The position numbers and the translations under genes are program-made. A stretch of 64,000 bases of DNA from an uncultured Opitutia bacterium (lineage in GTDB: Bacteria; Verrucomicrobiota; Verrucomicrobiia; Opitutales; Coraliomargaritaceae), in the NCBI GenBank assembly GCA_963922575.1, contig CAWUII010000001.1, forward strand, positions 10,913 to 74,912, written 5' to 3'. Shown here piece by piece: positions 58,773 through 64,000 of the stretch. The notes beneath the pieces were generated by a model that saw only the letters and a list, made by a program, of their open reading frames with translations, was not told the origin of the DNA and did not search any database. Position 1 is the stretch's first letter, and the number at the start of each line of letters is the position of its first letter.

Positions 58773-60290
58773 ATGTTTTCTGCATTCACAAATTCTCTGA
58801 AAATACCTGAACTTCGGCAGAAGATATTCTTTACGCTTGCACTACTGTTCATTGCACGTGTCGGGGCAAACATACCGTTGCCAGGTATGAACATTGGACC
58901 CATCAATGATTTTATGGCCGATCAATCATCGGCCAGTGGTGGTTTAGTGGGTCTTTATAATATGTTTACGGGCGGTGCGTTACTGAACGGCGCTGTTTTT
59001 GCGTTGGGCATCATGCCTTATATCAGTGCTTCGATCATCATGCAACTGGTCGGCGCGGTATTTCCTGTCATTGCTCGCCTTCAACAGGAAGGTGATGTCG
59101 GTCGCCAGAAGATTAACCAGTACACGCGTTATCTGACAATTGTTATTTGTGTTGTCCAGGGGCTGTTACTACTGGTAGCACTTAGTACAAACCCAGGTAG
59201 TATTATCGGTCAGGGATTTAATCCTGAACAATACGGCTCGGTTGTTATTGCAAACAAGTTTCAATTTTTGATTACGGGCACGATCTTCCTAACTGCCGGC
59301 GCAATGATTCTAGTCTGGTTGGGGGAGCAGATTACGCAAAAGGGCATTGGCAACGGGATTTCACTTCTGATAACAGTAAGTATTATTTCAGAGTTACCTG
59401 CAGCAGTCATCTCTGCCTACCAGATGTTTGTGGCACCTGTAGGATCCGAAAGCCCACAGCTAGGAGTTCCCGAGGGTATTTTGATGTTGGTGTTACTGTT
59501 TGCAGTCACTGCGGCTTTGGTAAGCATTACTCAGGCGCAACGCAAAATACCAGTTCAGTATGCAAAGCGTGTCGTCGGTCGCAAAGTTTATGGCGGGCAA
59601 AGTTCCTTTTTGCCCCTTAAGGTCAACTACGCAGGCGTGATGCCAGTTATCTTTGCATCTGCCATCCTCATGTTTCCAACACAAATTTTGAGTTATTTGG
59701 GAACAGTGACTAACATGCGGTTCTTTAACGATGTCGCAAATGCACTTGGTCGTGGTGAGTTGTGGTACTATCTGCTGTTTGGATTTCTGATTTTTGTATT
59801 TAGTTACTTTTGGGTTTCGATGATGTTCAAACCGGTCCAGATTGCAGATGATCTTAAGAAAAATGGTGGTTACATACCTGGTGTTCGTCCGGGTAATCCA
59901 ACAGCAAAATTTTTGGATCATATCATGACCCGCCTCACGCTTTTTGGAGCTCTGTCATTGACTTTGATTGCGCTCTTCCCGGATATTTTACTTTTCAGTT
60001 ACAACGTCCCGTTTTCTGTTGCTATATTTTTTGGAGGTACCGGCATGCTAATTACGGTTGGTGTTCTTCTGGATACAATGCGGCAGGTCGAGACATACCT
60101 ATTGCAGCGCCACTACGACGGGTTTCTTAAAAAAGGGAAAATTCGCGGTCGTTCTGCAGCGCGCAATAAACAGTTGGTCGATTCAGCAGGACTACAAGAC
60201 TTCTGGACTGCATGGCGTCCACTCTTATTTATTGCAGTGTGTCTCTTTGCTTTAGGCCTCGTTTCTTGGGCGCTTAAAACGTTTTCATGA
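58773..60290 (+). CDS. secY: preprotein translocase subunit SecY with a ~45-aa C-terminal extension containing an extra hydrophobic helix
   Basis: LRQKIFFTLALLFIARVGANIPLPG, GIMPYISASIIMQL and GYIPGVRPG motifs. The usual C-terminus (...GFLKKGKIRGR) is followed by SAARNK...PLLFIAVCLFALGLVSWALKTFS. Confidence 0.93.
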   Translation: MFSAFTNSLKIPELRQKIFFTLALLFIARVGANIPLPGMNIGPINDFMADQSSASGGLVGLYNMFTGGALLNGAVFALGIMPYISASIIMQLVGAVFPVIARLQQEGDVGRQKINQYTRYLTIVICVVQGLLLLVALSTNPGSIIGQGFNPEQYGSVVIANKFQFLITGTIFLTAGAMILVWLGEQITQKGIGNGISLLITVSIISELPAAVISAYQMFVAPVGSESPQLGVPEGILMLVLLFAVTAALVSITQAQRKIPVQYAKRVVGRKVYGGQSSFLPLKVNYAGVMPVIFASAILMFPTQILSYLGTVTNMRFFNDVANALGRGELWYYLLFGFLIFVFSYFWVSMMFKPVQIADDLKKNGGYIPGVRPGNPTAKFLDHIMTRLTLFGALSLTLIALFPDILLFSYNVPFSVAIFFGGTGMLITVGVLLDTMRQVETYLLQRHYDGFLKKGKIRGRSAARNKQLVDSAGLQDFWTAWRPLLFIAVCLFALGLVSWALKTFS

Positions 60291-60364
60291 TTAAGTAGGT
60301 GTTGTCTCTGACAGTATCTGTTTAGACCTTTTGTTCTTTGCTATAGTTTTTTCTTTTGCAGCCA

Positions 60365-61132
60365 ATGAAGAAAGTCCGCTCTGACGAGGAAATCCAATCG
60401 ATTCGTGAAGCATGTCAAGTTGCTGCAACAGTTCTGAAACAGCTGGTCGAAAGTGTTTGTGAAGGAATGACAACTTATGACCTCGATCAGCTGGGTCGTA
60501 AAACTATTGAATCCCTTGGGGCCGAGAGCGCCTGTTATAATTACCGCTCAGGAGACAGAATATATCCCGCTTACACGTGTATTTCAGTAAACGATGAAAT
60601 CGTTCACGGTATTGGCAATATGCGTCGTATTATCAAAAATGGCGATATTGTATCGATTGATGTAGTTGTTCGCTATCGTGGTTATATTGGAGATAATGCT
60701 TATACAGTTCCAATCGGTCTAGTTTCTGAGGAAAATCAGACGCTTCTTGATTCAACCCAAAAAGCACTGCAGTACGCAATCGGTTTTGCTCGGTCTGGTA
60801 ATCGTGTTGGTGATATATCAAATGCCGTTCAGCGCTTCATTAAAAGGTGTAACTATGGTATTGTCCGCGAGTTTGTTGGTCATGCTGTTGGAACGTCCAT
60901 GCATGAAGAACCACAGATACCTAACTATGGACGTCGTGGAAGTGGAGTGCTGCTGAAGCCCGGTATGACATTGGCCATTGAACCAATGATCAACCTGGGC
61001 GGCTCTCAAATCAAAATGCTGGATGATGGTTGGACTGCAGTTACTGCCGATGGAAAACCCTCTGCTCATTTTGAGCATACCGTGTTGGTTACTAGCAAAG
61101 AACCAGAAATATTAACTATTCCAAAGAAATAG
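60365..61132 (+). CDS. map: type I methionine aminopeptidase
   Basis: SVNDEIVHGIG, VSIDV, GHAVGTSMHEEP, LAIEPM and EHTVLVT metal-ligand contexts. Start trimmed to the ATG at 60365. Confidence 0.92.
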   Translation: MKKVRSDEEIQSIREACQVAATVLKQLVESVCEGMTTYDLDQLGRKTIESLGAESACYNYRSGDRIYPAYTCISVNDEIVHGIGNMRRIIKNGDIVSIDVVVRYRGYIGDNAYTVPIGLVSEENQTLLDSTQKALQYAIGFARSGNRVGDISNAVQRFIKRCNYGIVREFVGHAVGTSMHEEPQIPNYGRRGSGVLLKPGMTLAIEPMINLGGSQIKMLDDGWTAVTADGKPSAHFEHTVLVTSKEPEILTIPKK

Positions 61133-61205
61133 CTTTTCAAACTACGATTTGCTGTTACATTTCCACTTTTTTCCCTTATTACAAAAATCAAATTTAAATT
61201 TTATT

Positions 61206-61568
61206 ATGCCACGCATACTTGGAGTTGATATACCTGCAAACAAGAAGCTAGAATATTCGCTTCGCTATATTTATGGCATTGGACCGACACGTGCCAGTAC
61301 ACTTGTGAAAGAGTCTGGTTTCGATCAAGACCGTCGTGCCAGTGACTTAAGCGAGCAGGAGCTTAATCAGATTGCTTCCCTTATTAGCGAAAAGCAGTAC
61401 GTCGTCGAGGGTGATTTGCGTCGTGAACGCACCGCTAATCTCAAACGTCTTATTGCCACTCGTAGTTTACGAGGTATTCGTCACACCAGAAGTCTGCCGG
61501 TAAGAGGGCAGCGCACTAAAACCAACGCCCGGACGCGCAAAGGAACCGTAAAACCAGTCCGGAAGTAA
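61206..61568 (+). CDS. rpsM: 30S ribosomal protein S13
   Basis: MPRILGVDIPANKKLEYSLRYIYGIG...RGIRH..SLPVRGQRTKTNART. ORF-track start 61149 trimmed. Confidence 0.96.
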   Translation: MPRILGVDIPANKKLEYSLRYIYGIGPTRASTLVKESGFDQDRRASDLSEQELNQIASLISEKQYVVEGDLRRERTANLKRLIATRSLRGIRHTRSLPVRGQRTKTNARTRKGTVKPVRK

Positions 61569-61595
61569 GTAAAATCATTTAATAACATAACTCCA

Positions 61596-62102
61596 ATGAG
61601 CGAAGAAGAAACAAATTCCGAAGAAGAACCAGAAGCAGTCGCAAAAGAAGCCGTTGAGGCTGAAGATGTTCCTGAAAAGAAACAGGAAACCGCTGAGGAT
61701 CTGCTGAAGAGTGATCTAGACGGCGTGAAGATCCGGCGTGCTAAAGGCAGCAAAAACATAACCGTCGGTATTGTAAATGTTTTGGCTACCTTCAATAACA
61801 CCAAAGTGACTTTTTGTGATCAGCGTGGAAACGTAATTTCCTGGTCCAGTGCGGGAAAGTGCAACTTTCGCGGTTCACGCAAATCAACTGCTTATGCTGC
61901 CCAGGTAGTTACTCAGGATGCGGGTCGTGTTGCAATGTCTCATGGCATGAAGGAAGTTACCGTTAAGTTAAATGGTCCTGGTATGGGACGTGACTCCGCA
62001 GTCCGCTCAATACAGTCTTTAGGTATGATTGTTACTGACATCATCGATGTAACTCCCGTTCCTCACAACGGATGCCGACCACCTAAACGTCGTCGTGTCT
62101 AG
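61596..62102 (+). CDS. rpsK: 30S ribosomal protein S11 with acidic N-terminal extension
   Basis: Core [30 protein letters not shown]...[13 protein letters not shown], preceded by a ~40-aa E-rich segment. Confidence 0.95.
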   Translation: MSEEETNSEEEPEAVAKEAVEAEDVPEKKQETAEDLLKSDLDGVKIRRAKGSKNITVGIVNVLATFNNTKVTFCDQRGNVISWSSAGKCNFRGSRKSTAYAAQVVTQDAGRVAMSHGMKEVTVKLNGPGMGRDSAVRSIQSLGMIVTDIIDVTPVPHNGCRPPKRRRV

Positions 62103-62163
62103 CGTATATCTGCTACGCAGACACATTACTATCAAGTTAGCAGAAAAATAACAGAAAAACATT

Positions 62164-62772
62164 ATGTCCCGATACACAGGACCCACCACGCGTCTCAATC
62201 GTCGTTTTGGTCAGGCTATATTTGCCCCCACCAAAGCATTCGAACGTAAGCCACACATGCCCGGACAACACGGGCCAACGCTCCGTCGAAAAGTAAGCGA
62301 GTACTCAATCGGCTTGAATGAAAAGCAAAAGCTTCGATATATGTACGGAGTTACTGAAAAACAGTTTCGCCTTACTTTCGAAAAGGCAAAAAATACACGT
62401 GGAGTGACAGGTGAAATTTTCCTGCAGATGCTGGAATCGCGCCTCGATAATGTTATTTACCGATTGGGATTTGCAAAGTCTCGTGCCGGTGCGCGCCAGT
62501 TGGTTTGTCATGGGCACATTCGCGTGAATGGTCATAAGACAGACATTTCCAGTTTTATTGTCAAAGAAGGTGATGAAATAGAAGTGCGCGAACGCACCTC
62601 ATCGCGCCAGCTTGCAACACGTAATGTGGAAGGAAGTCAGGGGCGTACAGTACCCGAATGGTTATCCCTGAATGCGGATGCGCTCAAAGCTACGGTTAGT
62701 CGCCTCCCGTCCAATGATGAGGTAGAAGCTAGCATCAACATACAGCTTATTGTTGAATTCTATAGCCGTTAA
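62164..62772 (+). CDS. rpsD: 30S ribosomal protein S4
   Basis: MSRYTGPTTRLNRRFG...LESRLDNVIYRLGFAKSRAGARQLVCHGHIRVNG. Confidence 0.96.
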   Translation: MSRYTGPTTRLNRRFGQAIFAPTKAFERKPHMPGQHGPTLRRKVSEYSIGLNEKQKLRYMYGVTEKQFRLTFEKAKNTRGVTGEIFLQMLESRLDNVIYRLGFAKSRAGARQLVCHGHIRVNGHKTDISSFIVKEGDEIEVRERTSSRQLATRNVEGSQGRTVPEWLSLNADALKATVSRLPSNDEVEASINIQLIVEFYSR

Positions 62773-62845
62773 ACAGCGTACAAGAAGAGTCTTCATTCAC
62801 CTTTCAAACAACCCACTATCTCAATTATTTAAATAAAAGCATACT

Positions 62846-63847
62846 ATGCCAAAACGTTTAGGAAAATTCGAACTCCCCAATCGACTGACAAAAGTCGAAG
62901 AAACCGCATCTGATACATTTGCTGTCTTTCAGGTTGAGCCCTTTGAAACCGGCTACGGACATACACTGGGTAATTCTCTTCGCCGTGTACTCCTTAGCTC
63001 TATCGAAGGTTCCGCCATATCATCAATCAAAATTGATGGTGTTCAGCACGAGTTCCAGAGCATTGAAGGTGTTGTAGAAGATGTAACTGACATTGTTCTC
63101 AATCTCAAAAAAATTCTCTTCGTCTCAGAATCTCGTGATAGCGTGAATCTGATCATCGACGTTAATCGCGAGGGTGAAGTAACCGCTGCTGATATCCAGC
63201 TGGCTGCAAATGTATCGATCGTAAATCCCGATCAAGTCATTTGTACATTGAACAAACCACAGCGCTTTCTGGCTGAGTTGGAAGTAAAGACCGGTCGAGG
63301 CTACTGTTCTGGAGAAGAGAACAAAAAACTGGAACAGCCAATTGGTGTTATACCTGTTGATTCGTTATTTAGTCCGGTCAAGCTGGTTAAGTACTCCGTC
63401 GAAAATACCCGCGTTGGTCAAGAGATGGACTATGATAAGCTTATCCTCGAAATCACAACAGATGGCCGTATCACTCCGGATGACGCATTGAAACAAAGCG
63501 CTGCAATCATCAAGCACCACATGGATGTATTTGATGAAGTATCCAATGAAGACATTGAATTTGAGAATGAGAGTAAAGAGATCAGCGAGGAGCAGAATCG
63601 TCTGCGCAAACTGCTCAACATGAGTGTCAATGAGATCGAACTCTCCGTGCGTGCAGCTAACTGCCTGAATAATGCAAACATTACCACAGTCGGTGAACTT
63701 GCGATGAAGTCAGAACAGGAAATGCTCAAATACCGCAATTTTGGTAAAAAATCGCTGAATGAAATCAAGGATAAGCTCGAACAGCTTGGCCTCTCTCTCG
63801 GTATGAAAATAGATGAGCGCTTGTTGGATCAAGTTGCTGAATTCTAA
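62846..63847 (+). CDS. rpoA: DNA-directed RNA polymerase subunit alpha
   Basis: GYGHTLGNSLRRVLLSSIEG N-terminal domain. C-terminal domain ELSVRAANCLNNANITTVGEL...NFGKKSLNEIKDKL. Confidence 0.96.
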   Translation: MPKRLGKFELPNRLTKVEETASDTFAVFQVEPFETGYGHTLGNSLRRVLLSSIEGSAISSIKIDGVQHEFQSIEGVVEDVTDIVLNLKKILFVSESRDSVNLIIDVNREGEVTAADIQLAANVSIVNPDQVICTLNKPQRFLAELEVKTGRGYCSGEENKKLEQPIGVIPVDSLFSPVKLVKYSVENTRVGQEMDYDKLILEITTDGRITPDDALKQSAAIIKHHMDVFDEVSNEDIEFENESKEISEEQNRLRKLLNMSVNEIELSVRAANCLNNANITTVGELAMKSEQEMLKYRNFGKKSLNEIKDKLEQLGLSLGMKIDERLLDQVAEF

Positions 63848-63890
63848 AATTTCACGACGTTACAAGTACACAATTATAAACTAGCTCAAA

Positions 63891-64000
63891 ATGCGTCACA
63901 GTAAAAGAAGACACAAACTCGGGGTTTCCGGGCCACACCGCCTTGCTCTACTGGCTAATCTTTCAGTTGCATTGATTACCCATGGACGGATCAAGACAAC
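63891..64000 (+). CDS. rplQ: 50S ribosomal protein L17, 3' end cut by window edge
   Basis: MRHSKRRHKLGVSGPHRLALLANLSVALITHGRIKTT read by hand from the ATG at 63891. Confidence 0.9.
   Translation, partial: MRHSKRRHKLGVSGPHRLALLANLSVALITHGRIKT

Overview
The window is a gene-dense chromosomal segment, roughly mid-40s to 50% GC by eye. It is probably from a PVC-superphylum bacterium (Verrucomicrobiota-like); this is an inference from a PVC-type small basic protein gene, rplC not preceded by rpsJ, and no L30 gene. Housekeeping content: ileS (5' partial), a DksA-like gene, lspA, a tsaB-like gene, alr, a SWIM+SNF2 helicase, recN, mazG, amt-glnK, and an argC-J-B-D-F operon. It also holds rpsI-rplM, rpoZ, smpB, sucD, serS, proS, and a long S10/spc/alpha ribosomal cluster running from rplC to rplQ (3' partial) with secY, map and rpoA. 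No rRNA, tRNA, CRISPR array or transposase was recognised. The items most worth a second look are listed here. (1) A six-gene ExbB/ExbD/ExbD operon whose TonB-position protein keeps the TonB SxxxH anchor and Pro/Glu spacer, but carries a large vWA-like domain instead of a TonB C-terminal domain. Two large TPR proteins sit in the same operon. (2) An AT-rich islet with two tandem orphan Hcp (T6SS tube) paralogs. (3) A lipoprotein-like ORF wedged between rpsS and rplV. (4) A dispersed GAACRTY-heptad repeat family, including a 156-bp MITE-like element with 29-bp inverted termini that exactly fills the argJ-argB gap. (5) A PurB-like lyase fused to a HAD phosphatase and start/stop-overlapped with a NadR-type P-loop ATPase. 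(6) A membrane protein with a Tyr/Asp/Asn-rich repeat tail. All functional calls come from reading motifs by eye; no database search was run.
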